From Malacoraja senta (lineage: Eukaryota): a stretch of DNA of 64,000 nucleotides. Location: the NCBI GenBank assembly GCA_038087875.1, contig JAXLNO010000642.1:1-64000 (forward strand), given 5' to 3'. Every line of letters starts with the position of its first letter. The first letter of the stretch is position 1. Of this stretch, positions 1 through 12,800 are shown one piece after another. Both the position numbers and the translations under genes were made by a program. A model generated the notes under the pieces. The model did no database searches. It saw only the letters and a program-made list of their open reading frames with translations, and was not told the DNA's origin.

Positions 1-3000
1 ATTCACTGTCTGTGCTCCATTTATTAAACTTATAATTGGCCATTTTGTGAAAATCTACCCATATTTACTTCTTTAGCCAACTATATATTTGAACACGTAT
101 GTCTCTGTTCCATCCAAGGTAGATGCACAGTGCTGGAGTAACTCAGCGGGACAGGCAGCATCTGTGGAGAGAAGGAATGGGTGACGTTTCGTGGTCCTTC
201 CCTCTGTCTCTGTCCCATATCTTGTCCCTTTACTGACTTGCTTTCCTGTCCATAATAGCTCATGTCCATATCAGTATGCATCCCCACCCTCAACCAACCT
301 TTTATCCATGCAGTTATTTGTTTCTCAGAGGCAGATTTTGTTGGAAGGCTTTGAAACATTCCGAAGTAGGTGGAAATATTCAGAACATTTTCCCAGATTT
401 CCTTTATCACAAGTCATTCTTTTCTTTAAAAATATCAATTTGTCAAACACATCTTGTCTTTAAATATAAATAAAAAATCCCCCCGGCCCTCCCCCACTGC
501 GCTGATCCTCTGTGACCTCCTGCACGGTCACAAGACCCAACACACGGTCAAGAATGTCACCTCATCTTCCACCTGTCGATGTTAACACAGAACAGTATAG
601 CACAGGAACAGGCCCTTCAGCCCACAACATCTGTACCAAACATGATGAGGGGAGAGACCAACTCTCCCCTCATCATGCAGCCCTCCAGATTTAACATTAA
701 ATTCTCAAACTCTAGCTAACATGTCTAAATAAGGACAATTTCCACCTGTCATCCTTGTATCTATTCCTCTTTGTGAATTGCCTGAACTGCTGAATATGCT
801 GCCTCACCCGCTGAGTTACTGCAGCATTTTGCGTCTACCTGCTGAATATTTTGTGTCTACCTGCTGAATATTTTGTGTCTACCTGCTGAATATGTTCCTG
901 TACGGCACAACCACAGTAGCCGCAAACTACACAGCTGTGGTACTTTGGCCCGTCTACCCAATGCATTCACCCCACGAGGGAAATCCCACTGGTTCCACGG
1001 GCAATTCCCATTTGCCTGCCACCCACACCAACCTGTTCCTCTCCTTCTCTGATGTGATGAAGGGCCCCTCACCTGAAACATAAATTCTTTCATTTTTCAC
1101 TGATCTGCTTAGTTTATCCAGTGTTTCCATTTTCTGTGTTTTTCTTTTCCATCTTACCACAAACAACTTATTGCTTAGTAACTAGTTACTCACCCACTAG
1201 TCAAGTTACTTAATGTGGTAAAAACTGTCTCCTCTAAGCCATTTTGAGTCAACCTATCATCGTGTGTTCTTCACATTTCTCCCAACCATCTCTCTTGCTG
1301 AAATCCTACTCACATTTCTACCTGACGATGGGACTCAAAACACCAACTGTTTCTCTTTCCACGGATGTTGCCTGATACTGATTTTCATCAATATTTTCTG
1401 CGTTCTTTGCCAGTAATAGATCGACATTGGTTGAATAATTGATTAACCCATTGATTTGATAGTCATTTAAATTACTAATGGATTCAATTATCATTAATAA
1501 TGGATTTGGCCAAGATCAAGGTTAGACAATGTGTCTGGATTACCTCCGCTGTTGGATGATCAATAAGATTATTAGCGTCCTTTATCACAATACAATTTAC
1601 TCAGTAAATTGTATTACATATTTAATATTGAATAGTGCCCCAACATTTTCCAGTCACCAGCCAGTTGTATATGGTCAGACCTAAGTAACTTGCCACCATG
1701 AGTTCTGCTATTTTTATTCAGAACCATTTCCTTTTCTATAATTATAATCTTATCCTTCTCTGTAAGATTCTATCTCACTTCCGCTATTATTCCGCCAATC
1801 ATGACTGCTGGTGTACAAAGTTTCAACCAAATCAACAATCTGCAAGATGGCATCAGCATCAGTGCGGCAGAGAAGCAGAGACACGATTTTTGATTGCTGT
1901 CCAGTGACCTCTTTTGGAAAGTAATCAGAGGGGAGGGTACGGGCAAATAGTATTCAGGCTCAGTGGAGAGCAGTCTCCATCAAGAACTTGGACATTCACC
2001 CCATTCCAGAGATTTCAGAACAGTTCCAGGGCCATTCTGAGGAAGTGCTACACTCAGACATGCTGTCTGATTATATTCCAGATACTACACTCCAGATTTC
2101 TATACTTCCAGCTAAACATAACTGATCTCAAGATGCTACTTGTAGGGAGATGGGGTTGTGAGGTCATTTCATGGAGCCCCTTTGCTTGTTGACCCATGCC
2201 GGCTTCAAGTTAAGGAAAGTCTTGATTTTAGAATTTTAATTCTTGTTTTTAAATGCTTCTATGCCCTCAAAACTCTTTAATTATTTGGTATCTGCAACAT
2301 TCCGCACACCAAGATAATTACAGTCATCCATTTGTATCCACGTTATCATTCTCAAATGTTATTGCTGCGACTTTCTGGAATTCCTTTCAGCCTGTCTCCC
2401 ACTCCAACCTCATTTAAGACACTTATCTCTTTGACCAAGCTTTTAGTCATCTGTCCAAATGGGCCTTATGTTTTATTTTGTTAGAGTGAAGTGCTTTGAT
2501 ATGATTTGAAGCACAGTAAATATATTGCTGTTCTTATGGCAAATATTGTGGAACCAGGAATATTAAAGTGTAGATTATTTGGTCTTTATCACAGAAGCAT
2601 GCTGTGCACAGAAAGTTTACTGGATATCGCATCAATGCATATATTTCAATGTATTCCTTTGATCATAAAATGTATTAAATGACTCAAGGTTAAAGTCAAC
2701 AACTTTGACACACAATCTTCCTCTTGACGTTTACACTCACAATCCACACAGATAGGCACAACGGTGACAATATATTATACAGTACAATTTTCATGCAATT
2801 TTTGAGACGTCTTTGCCTAACTTAAGTGTCCCAATTGAATATAAGTAGATTGAAAGGTGTTATTTAAGCACACACAGATTTGAACCAACTTGTCCTTTCC
2901 CTTCAACCTCTATTCCATAACAGAATTCATTACCATATTTTTAAAGAATATGTTACCCACTCCAAATTTAAGAAGCAGATGAAACACAGAGCATTGATTG

Positions 3001-3449
3001 ATTCATAATTATTTCTTCACAAACCCCATGGTCGAGGTTTGTAAACCTTTGACCCGGAAGTGCTTTCCCTCTTTGTGTGATAAAACAGAATGAGGTGACA
3101 CGAAATAAACCAGGAAGTTTGAGAAACAGGGCTTGAGAAATAATCTGTCACTTGCTGTGTCAAACTAGACCTGACAGATATGTTCTTGAATAATTGTTGG
3201 TAGATGTCGTCGGTTACTAAAATGATGAATGAACAGTGCCTCAAAATCCCAACAATCAATGAAAAAACCTATGACTGGAACACTTGGTTTGTTAGAAATA
3301 TTCTTGTTGAGTCACTGTTCCATGATTGGGTTGGGAAGTTGATTGTCTGATTTCCCGGTTGCTAAGAATGCATGCTGGAATCAGAAGAAGGACAGTGTAA
3401 GAAATGGGCAAGGGCCAGTAACAATGTAACTAAATCAAGGCCATCTTTT

Positions 3450-4050
3450 CTAGAGTCATAGAGTGATACAGTGTGGAACCAGGCCCTACGACCCAACTTG
3501 TCCACACCGGCCAACATGTCCCAGCTACACTAGTCCCATCTGTCTGCGCTTGGTCCATATCCCTCCAAACTTATCCAATCCATGTAACTGTCTAACTGTT
3601 TCCTAAACGTTGGGATAGTCCCAGCCTCAACTACCTCATCTGGCAGCTTGTTCCATACACCCACCACCCTTTGTGTGAAAAAGTTACCCCTCAGATTCCT
3701 CTTAAATCTTTCCCCCTTCACCTTGAGCCTATGTCCTCTGGTCTTCGATTCCCCTACTCTGGGCAAGAGACCCTGTGCATCTACCCAATCTATTCCTCTC
3801 ATGATTTTATACACCTCTATAAGATCCCCCCTCATCCTCCTGCGCTCCAAGGAATGGAGACCCAGCCTATTCAACCTCTCCCTATAGCTCACACCCTCTA
3901 ATCTTGGCAACATCCTCGTAAATCTTCTCTGAACCCTTTCAAGCTAAACAATATCTTTCCTATAACATGGTGCCCAGAACTGAACACAATATTCTAAATG
4001 CGGTCTCACCAACGTCTTGTACAACTGCAACATGACCTCCCAACTTCTAA
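3450..4050 (-). mobile_element. CR1/HER1-type LINE 3' fragment
   Basis: ORF 3530-3913 reads LSYRERLNRLGLHSLERRRMRGDLIEVYKI...TRGHRLK...[13 protein letters not shown], the typical CR1 ORF2 C-terminus, followed by the 3' tail. Confidence 0.9.
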
Positions 4051-4639
4051 CTTTGCATTGATTGAAGCATGTTAATTACAATAAATAACCATACACTTCC
4101 AAGACATTATTTCAGGAATAAATTCCAGATTACCTTGAGTAAGAGAATTATTAAATTGTGGTTGTTCAGTTGTTGTACAACCTCACTATCACTGGTACAT
4201 TTTGAAGTATGAATGAAGTGATGATCTAAGCAATCTTACCCAGTAAGTCATCTTCCATTCTAATGTCACAACACCAGAAACTTGGGAATTGGTATAAAAT
4301 TGAACTCCAAATCTTGCTGCCACAAATAATAGCTAAATCACACTCAAATAATTAAAGATGGACAAGTGTGAAACCTCCCAGGGCTCTAATTATTGGAACA
4401 AGTAATTAGTGGTCCATGTGTTTGGAATTATAGAGGCTAAATCACTGGCCTGGATTATTGATGGAGACATTAGTTTGGATCACATCGTGAGAGTCAGCAA
4501 ACTTAAATTCAAGTGATTAAATAAATCTGGAGTAAAAGATGATGATGATCAGATTGTTGTAAAATCCACCTGATTAACTAACTTCCTTCACTCACTGTTC
4601 TCACCCAGTCTGCTTCTTAACTCCCCTCTCGAGGTTATA

Positions 4640-6400
4640 AGAATAGCACAACAAAACAAACTACATACATATATACATGTAGCCCTCACTCAGAGGATAT
4701 CAGGAAAGGCTTGGGAGTATAGATAAGTCTTTAGTCTTGACTTAAAAGAGTCGATGGAGGGGGCAGTTCTGATGAGAAAGGGGATGCTGTTCCACAGTCT
4801 AGGGGCTGCAACCGCAAAGGCCCGGTCGCCCCTGAGCTTATGCCTAGACCGTGGGATATTCAGCAACCCCAATTCGGCCGATCTGAGGGGCCTGGTGGTG
4901 GAGTGATGGGTGAGAAGACTTTTTATGTAGGTGGGGGCAAGCCCATTGAGGGCTTTGTAGACATGGAGGAGGATCTTGAAGTTTATACGGAACCGCACAG
5001 GGAGCCAGTGGAGAGAGGCCAGGATCGGGGTGATGTGGTCCCTTTTTCGGGTGCCTGTCAGGAGTCTCGCTGCGGCGTTTTGGACCAGTTGCAGGCGGGA
5101 CAGGGAAGATTGGCTGATGCCAGTGTAAAGGGAGTTGCAGTAATCTAGGCGGGAGGAGATGAATGTGTGGATGATCTTTTCGAGGTCATCAAGCTGGAGG
5201 AATTGTTTTATTTTAGCTATCATCCGAAGCTGAAAGAAGCTAGCTTTTACCACGGCATTGACTTGTTTGTCAAATTTCAGTGCTGAGTCAAATATCACGC
5301 CAAGATTTTTGGAAACTGTCTAATTTTGAAGAGCAGACCAATGAGACAGCCAGGTCACGGATGGAAGGGGAAATATTCGTTCTTATATTCTTTACCTTGC
5401 TGGTGAAAAATGTGGTAAATTCCTCGCACTTAGCAGGGGACCCAGTTAGGCTGGTGCTGGTGGCAGGACAGATGATGGAGGTGATGGTGCTAAAGAGGAC
5501 CTTGCAATTTTGCACGTTTTTGGAGATAAGGGTGGAAAAATATTTAGTTCTTGCAGATTTTACTGCTTCCTGGTATTTGACAAGATTATTTTTCAGGAGT
5601 TCAAAGGAAATTTGAAGCTTATCAGATTTGTACTTCCGTTCTGATTTTCTGCATTCTCTTCTTAGGGCTCTGGTGGTATCATTGAGCCACGGCTCGCCTT
5701 TAGGCTTGGGCTTTTTCATTTTAAGAGGAGCAACAGAATCCAGGACGGAAGAGCAGGTATTATTGAATAAAGAAATTAGGTCGTCGGTACTGAGATGAGG
5801 GGTGGACGCCTCAATAGTGTAGATGTCAGGGGAGGCTATGAGAGCCTCAGAGAACTTACTGGCCGTCGTGGAGTTAACGTAGTGGGAGTAGCGAGCAGGG
5901 AGATGGGATTTTGAGGGAGAGAAAGGCAGAGATATATCAAATATAATAGCACTATGATCAGACAGGCAGGCATCAATAATATCTGTGTTACGAGTTGGGA
6001 GACCAGACGAAAGCACTAGGTCTAGTGTATGGCCAAGCTTGTGCGTGGGTCCAGTGGTGAGTAGAGACAGATTGAAGGACTCAACCAGGTTCATAAATTC
6101 ACTCACAAGAGGCTTCGTGGGACAGCAAACGTGAATGTTAAAGTCACCAAGAATCACGACCTGGTCAAATTTGGGCAACAAGCTAGCAATAAGATCACCA
6201 AATTGTGAGATAAAGTCCTTATGCATCTTTGGTGGGCGATACACAAGAACAATTAAAAGCGGACAGATTAGACCAACTATGATTAGTTGATGTTCAAAAC
6301 TGGAGACCTGATCAGTGTTCAGAAAGCGACAGTTGAAATTCTTCTTAAACACAGTGTCTAACACCGCGACCTGAGAGCCTGGGCGAGCTGGAAAAGTTAC
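4640..6400 (-). mobile_element. L2-clade LINE with internal deletion of the RT core
   Basis: ORF 5288-6364 has APE endonuclease motifs (ILGDFNIH, GHTLDLV, SDH). ORF 4690-5298 is the L2 ORF2 C-terminus (SRLDYCNSL, LQLVQNAAARLL, HITPILASLHWLPV). They are joined near 5308 with no RT motifs between. Confidence 0.88.
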
Positions 6401-6694
6401 AGGTTGTGCTCGGTATCATTTGGTAAAATATCTTCACACAATTTGTGCACTCAAGGGATGGATAACATTAGTGAGCCTCCCTCTATTATATGTGGGATGG
6501 AACTGCAGGTGCTGGTTTAAACCGAAGATAGACACAAAAAGCTGGAGTAACTCAGCGGGACAGGCAGCATGACGTCACCCATTCCTTCTCTCCAGAGATG
6601 CTGCCTGAGTTACTCCAGCATTTTGTGTCTATCTCCCTGTATCATGTTTTCTACTTACATCAGGCTAAAGGAAACGCACCCCCAATAATCTTAC

Positions 6695-6820
6695 CATTGT
6701 TACATAGATTTCATTTTCATCATTTTTTGGTTCCGTATTGTCCTGTCCATCCACAGGTGCGGTTGTCGTGTTGCCTGGAAGTGCTGGTTGCCTCATCACG
6801 GTGATGTATGTGTTTTGCTC
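6695..6820 (-). CDS. JAML-like cytoplasmic exon (EQNTYITV...NEIYVTM)
   Basis: CAG acceptor, 126 nt open frame, phase 0-0, donor ATG|gtaaga. Carries two tyrosine motifs. The pyrimidine tract is weak. Confidence 0.72.
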
Positions 6821-9800
6821 CTGATTGTTGGTGAATATATTTAATTAATCAACTGACCTTTCTTCCTCCAAATTCCAAATTAATTTCTACAGGTCCTAAC
6901 TTATTTTGCTTATTGAACCAAGGCTGAATGGAACTTGATAACATTCACTGCTGAAGCTCATTCACAAAGAACGGGTGCTTTGGTGAGGTAGCGAAGCCTT
7001 TGGCACCAGGGCAAGACGATGTTCAGGAGATACAGATAAAGCTATAAAACAACTATCTCTGAATCACGCTAGTTTCCAATGCCACCCAATATCTAAGGAA
7101 GTCAAGCAAATGTGATTAGTGAACAATTCTAGAAACTGGCTACAAATACAATTATATTATTTAGTGAATAAGCCACTGTACTTGATTATATTATCATAGC
7201 AGAATAGTTAAGGGGAAAATACCATTGGACTAATAAAGCCTACATTTTTATTTCCTTAAATCACCTCTCACTGGCCCGAGTTCCAGTATTGTAAACCTTG
7301 TAGCGAACCATTCTTGTAGCAGCTTGACTCAAATACCTGAACTCTATCATTGAAGCACAGGCCTGTAAGATCCTTATTGTCCTAATGAACACTGTCCCTC
7401 TTGTACCCTAACATTATCATTTACATGCTCTTTCACTAATGATCCGTCAGCAAATGATAGTGACCATTAGTCCCACAAACCACCCATCTCATTCTCCCTC
7501 AACCCAATCTCTCACGGGAGTCGGTCTCTAGTTTCCCATCTCTTTGATGGAAGGCTAGCAATTCCACTGAAATATGACATATCAGTATCCCGCTAAAATA
7601 TAATCTGCTGACGCTAAAGTCATCGCGAATATTTGTCCTCTATGTCACATTTGTTTCCAATAGATTATAAATATACAACCTCGGTCTATGTAACTGACTT
7701 TAGTTGAAGTAACATTCTGGACTCGTCTATAACTCTCAGTTTAATTTATTTCCTGGAACAGCAGTGCCCCTGAAGTGTTGAACAGAAACATGGAACATAG
7801 TAAGACAGGGTAGGGGGAATGTGTATGGGCATACCTGCCCTCATTGCTGAAGCATTGTTTAAGTGTTGGGACATCATGTTGCAAGTGTGGACAATGTTGC
7901 TGAGGCCACACTTGTCTGTAGCTATGGCTGTACACTGTAAGGAGGATGTAAGTACCCTGGAGAGGGTGCAGAAATGATTCACAAGGGACGTTGCTTAGCC
8001 AGGGGTAGTGGTGAAGGCAGATACGAAAGTGACATTTTAGAGGCTTTCAGATGGGCAGGGAACGGAGGAACATGGATCACATGCAGAGCTGATTACTTTA
8101 ATCTAGCATTATGTTCAGTACAGACATAGTGGGCCGAAGGGCTTGGCCTTTTTACCCAGGAAAGACGAAGGCTGAGACACGACATCATGGAACAATATCA
8201 AATTAACAGAGGCATGTATAGGTTAGATAGCAATGTCTGTTTCCCATGGTAGAGGTGTCTAACGTAGAGGGCATGCTTAAGGTGAGGGAGAAGGTTTAAG
8301 GTGGATCTGAGGATACATTTTTCATATAAAGAGTAGTTGGTATATGGAATGAGCTACCTGAGAAGGTGGTGGAGGCATGGACAGTAACAATAGTTACGCA
8401 GCATCTGTACAGGTATTTAAAGCTAAAAGTAGCAGGGTATATGTAGCAGGGCATAGAGGGGTAATGGAATTAGAACATACATTGAACCTAGAACAGTACA
8501 GCACAGGGGCTTGCCCTTCAACCAACCATGATGCTAATCCAAACTAAAGTTAACTGCTTGCATATGGTCTTTATTCCCAGCATATCCATGTGCCTATCTA
8601 AATGCTTCTTAAACATTGCTATCTGTTTCCACCACTTCCCCAGCAGCACCTTTCAGGTTCTAAAAACTTTCCTTGTAGACTTTCTTGTTTAGTTTAGTTT
8701 AGAGATACAGCACAGAAACAGGCCCTTCGGCCCACCGGGTCCGCGCTGACCAGCGATCCTCGCTTATTAACACTATCCTATACGTACTAGGGAGAATTTT
8801 TAAAACATTTACCCAGCCAATTTACCTACATACCTGTACGTCTTTGGAGTGTGGGAGGAAACCGAAGATCTTGGAGAAAACCCACGCGGTCACGAGGAGA
8901 ACGCACAAACTCTGTACAGACAGCACCCGTAGTCGGGATCGAACCCGGGTCTCCGGCGCTGTGAGGCAGCAACTCTACTGCTGCGCCACCGTGCCGCTCT
9001 TATAGTGTGCCAGTCACTGGAAGATCCCTCTCATTGATCGGGATCATAATAAATCTAGGCTTAAAACAGCCCTTACCGTAACACTATGAAGGGCACCCGG
9101 ATCATTCCTTGCAGACACATCGTAGGGTCTGGGGGAGAAATGTTCAGCATTATACATTGTTCAACAGGTGGAGCGATGGAATTCCATTCATATCTGTCTC
9201 CAGAAAGACTTTACCTTTGATCCCTTGGTGCTGTTCTTGATGAACACTTCCGTTTGGTTACAAGAATGATGGAGAGCACAACAAGGAGGATAGAGAACCC
9301 AGCTGTCGTACTTATGATGAGACCCATTGGCATCACTTTCTCAGTCTTGTGAACGTGGATTGCTCGTGAGTGCTTGCCATCTGTGGGAGGTAGAAGAGGG
9401 GAAAAGTCAGAGAATCCCTCTCGGCTAGACACCTCTACCATGGGAAACAGACATTGCTATCTAGCTTATCCATGCCTCTGTAAATTTGATAATGTCCCAT
9501 CATGTCGTCTCTCAGCCTTCGTCACTCCAGGGTGAATTTATAGCACTAGAAGTGCGACAGTGATGATGGTGGCCAAGATATTTAGATGTAAGAAGAGAAA
9601 AAATTACCAGAAGAACCGTGACCAATTCACCCTCTAATGACCAATGATTTAACTCCACTCCACAGACTGGGCGATCGTTTCGCGGAATACCTTTGCTCAG
9701 TCCGCGTGAACCTGCCTGATCTCCCGGTTGCTGGACACTTTAATTCTCCTTCCCATTCCCACACTGACCTTTCTGTCCTTGGCCTCCTCCATTGCCAGAG

Positions 9801-12800
9801 TGAGGCTAAACGCAAATTGGAGGAACAGCATCTCATATTTCGCTTGGGCAGCTTACAGCCCAATGGTATGAATATTGATTTCTCTCACTTCAGGTAGCCC
9901 CGGCATTCCCTCTCTCCCCCACCCAAGTCGCACTAACTCCTCATTTTCACCCAACAAACAGCTTACGATGGCCTGTTTCCTTTATCATCGTTACTTTTTT
10001 GCATATTTTTCATTCATTGTTCTTTATCTCTCCACATCACCGTCTTTATCTCTCATTTCCCTTATCCCTAACCAGTCTGAAGACGGGTCTCGACCCGAAA
10101 CATGACCCATTCCTTCTCTCCAGAGATGCAGCCTGTCCCGCTGAGTTACTCCAGCTTTTTGTGTCTACTTTCATTTTCGTTCCTATTTTTGCTTCCCAAG
10201 AGATAATTTCCTTCCCTTTCACTTAATGTACAGAATCTCAAAAGATCACTCCCTCCCCATTTAGTTCTCTTGTATTGAATTGGAACATACCAATCCCTCG
10301 TTTGCTTATATCCCACCATGTAGAATACCAAACCATCCAACTCTTTACATTCAATCCAACTGTGTACAATCGCAGTGGTTGTGTTTGTACCTTCACACAA
10401 AACCATTAAAAGGGTCTTGCTGCGGTGGACTTTGTTCCACAATCTAGGGATGCGAAGATCGCAGATGAAGTTGCCATTGTCAGAGCACGTCACGTTGGTT
10501 ATGAGAATGGAGCCATTTTTCTTTCTGATGTCACCTATCCACTTTAGCCTCTGGGTGAACCTGTTGCCTTGCACCACCTCACTGTGGTCTCGGAGGTAAA
10601 ACAAAATCTGTGTTGGAATAAAGAAGGAAAATAACTAAAAGGAAACAGTTCTCCATCAATTTCACCGATGAAAATTGCACTTGTTAAATGCAGAGTTGGA
10701 TTATCCCTGCCCTGTCTTTATTAACATTTCCCAGAGGTGATACTTTTTAATATGATATCCAATAGATGCGACACTGACAAGTCCTGTATGTGTTGTCCAT
10801 TTCTAATATCGCTGATATTGCCTTCTTGAACAGCGCGAATGCATATATCAGAGGTGCACAGTGCAGCGATGTAGAGTTTAGACCCAGCAATCACGAAAGA
10901 TGACGATTTGTTTCCAAATCCGGAAGGTATGTGACCTGGATGGGAACTTGCAGCTGATGGAAAACTCATGTACCCGCTGCCAGCTCTTCCTGGATGGTAA
11001 AACATGCAGGACTGGGAAGTCCAGTGGAAGCAAATGTAGGTGCTGTAATGTGTTCCAGAGGTGGCAGGAGAATGGGGTTGAGTAGGATGAATAGATCAGC
11101 CATGATTGAATGGCCTAATTCTACACCTTTGTCATTGGCCTTTCAAGTGGATTAAATCAGTGCACTGTTTTCATTGGTGAGGGTTGGTAGAGGCAGCAGG
11201 GTTTACACTCACCGCCTTCTCTCCAGTGCCATTATAAGGGGAGTACAACCATTCCAGCTTGATGTTGCGCATATCAGTGTGTTCGTGGTAGTCAAACATG
11301 CAGTCTAACCGTAGATCCTTTCCCTGTTTCACAACCAGGTACTCTGGGGTATAGATACTAACAGCTGAGACTGGCCAGACATCTACAAGGTAAAAGAAAC
11401 CATCTGAACTTAGACATCGACATACAGTGACACACAGACAGTGACAGACAGACAGACAGTGGCAGACAGACAGTGACAGACAGACAGACAGTGACAGACA
11501 GATAGACAGCGACAGACAGACAGACAGGGACAGACAGACAGCGATAGACAGACAGTGACAGACAGACAGCGACAGACAGCGACAGACAGGCAGTGACAGA
11601 CTGACAGTGACAGACAGACAGTGACAGACGGACAGGGACAGAGACAGACAGACAGCGACAGACAGACAGCGACAGACAGACAGCGACAGACAGACAGCGA
11701 CAGACAGACAGCGACAGACAGACAGACAGTGACAGACAGTGGCAGACAGACAGTGACATACAGACAGTGACAGACAGACAGTGACAGACAGACAGTGACA
11801 GACAGACAGACAGTGACAGACAGACAGTGACAGACAGACAGTGGCAGACAGACAGTGGCAGACAGACAGTGACAGACAGACAGTGACAGACAGACAGTGA
11901 CAGACAGACAGTGACAGACAGACAGACAGTGACATACAAACAGACAGTGACATACAAACAGACAGTGACAGACAGACAGTGACAGACAGACAGACAGTGA
12001 CAGACAGACAGACAGTGACAGACAGACAGACAGTGACAGACAGACAGACAGACAGTGACAGACAGACAGACAGACAGTGACAGACAGACAGTGACAGACA
12101 GATAGCGACAGACAGGCAGTGACAGACAGACAGACAGTGACAGACAGACAGACAGTGACAGACAGACAGTGACATACAAACAGACAGTGACAGACAGACA
12201 GTGACAGACAGTGACAGACAGACAGACAGTGACAGACAGACAGACAGTGACAGACAGAGTGACAGACAGATAGCGACACAGACAGTGACAGACAGACAGT
12301 GACAGACAGACAGTGACAGACAGACAGACAGTGACAGACAGACAGTGACATACAAACAGACAGTGACAGACAGACAGTGACAGACAGTGACAGACAGACA
12401 GACAGTGACAGACAGACAGACAGTGACAGACAGACAGTGACATACAAACAGACAGTGACAGACAGACAGACAGTGACAGACAGACAGACAGTGACAGACA
12501 GACAGTGACATACAAACAGACAGTGACATACAAACAGACAGTGACAGACAGACAGTGACAGACAGTGACAGACAGACAGACAGTGACAGACAGACAGACA
12601 GTGACAGACAGAGTGACAGACAGACAGTGACAGACAGATAGCGACACAGACAGTGACAGACAGACAGTGACAGACAGACAGACAGTGACAGACAGACAGA
12701 CAGTGACAGACAGAGTGACAGACAGACAGTGACAGACAGACAGTGACAGACAGACAGACAGTGACAGACAGGCAGTGACAGACAGGCAGTGACAGACAGA

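Noticed and set aside
1698..2192. Non-repetitive stretch with several short plus-strand open frames
   Set aside because: No recognisable domain and no convincing splice-site pair; stops interrupt each frame.
3017..3070. Possible terminal exon of the JAML-like gene (RESTSGSKVYKPRPWGL-stop, phase 0, minus strand)
   Set aside because: It needs an uncommon AAG acceptor and has no homology support. Other candidates exist near 4240-4317, so the 3' end was left unresolved.
8930..8997. tRNA-like A/B boxes here and at about 48200-48268 and 59783-59845
   Set aside because: They are SINE heads continuing into SINE bodies and tails, not cloverleaf tRNA genes.
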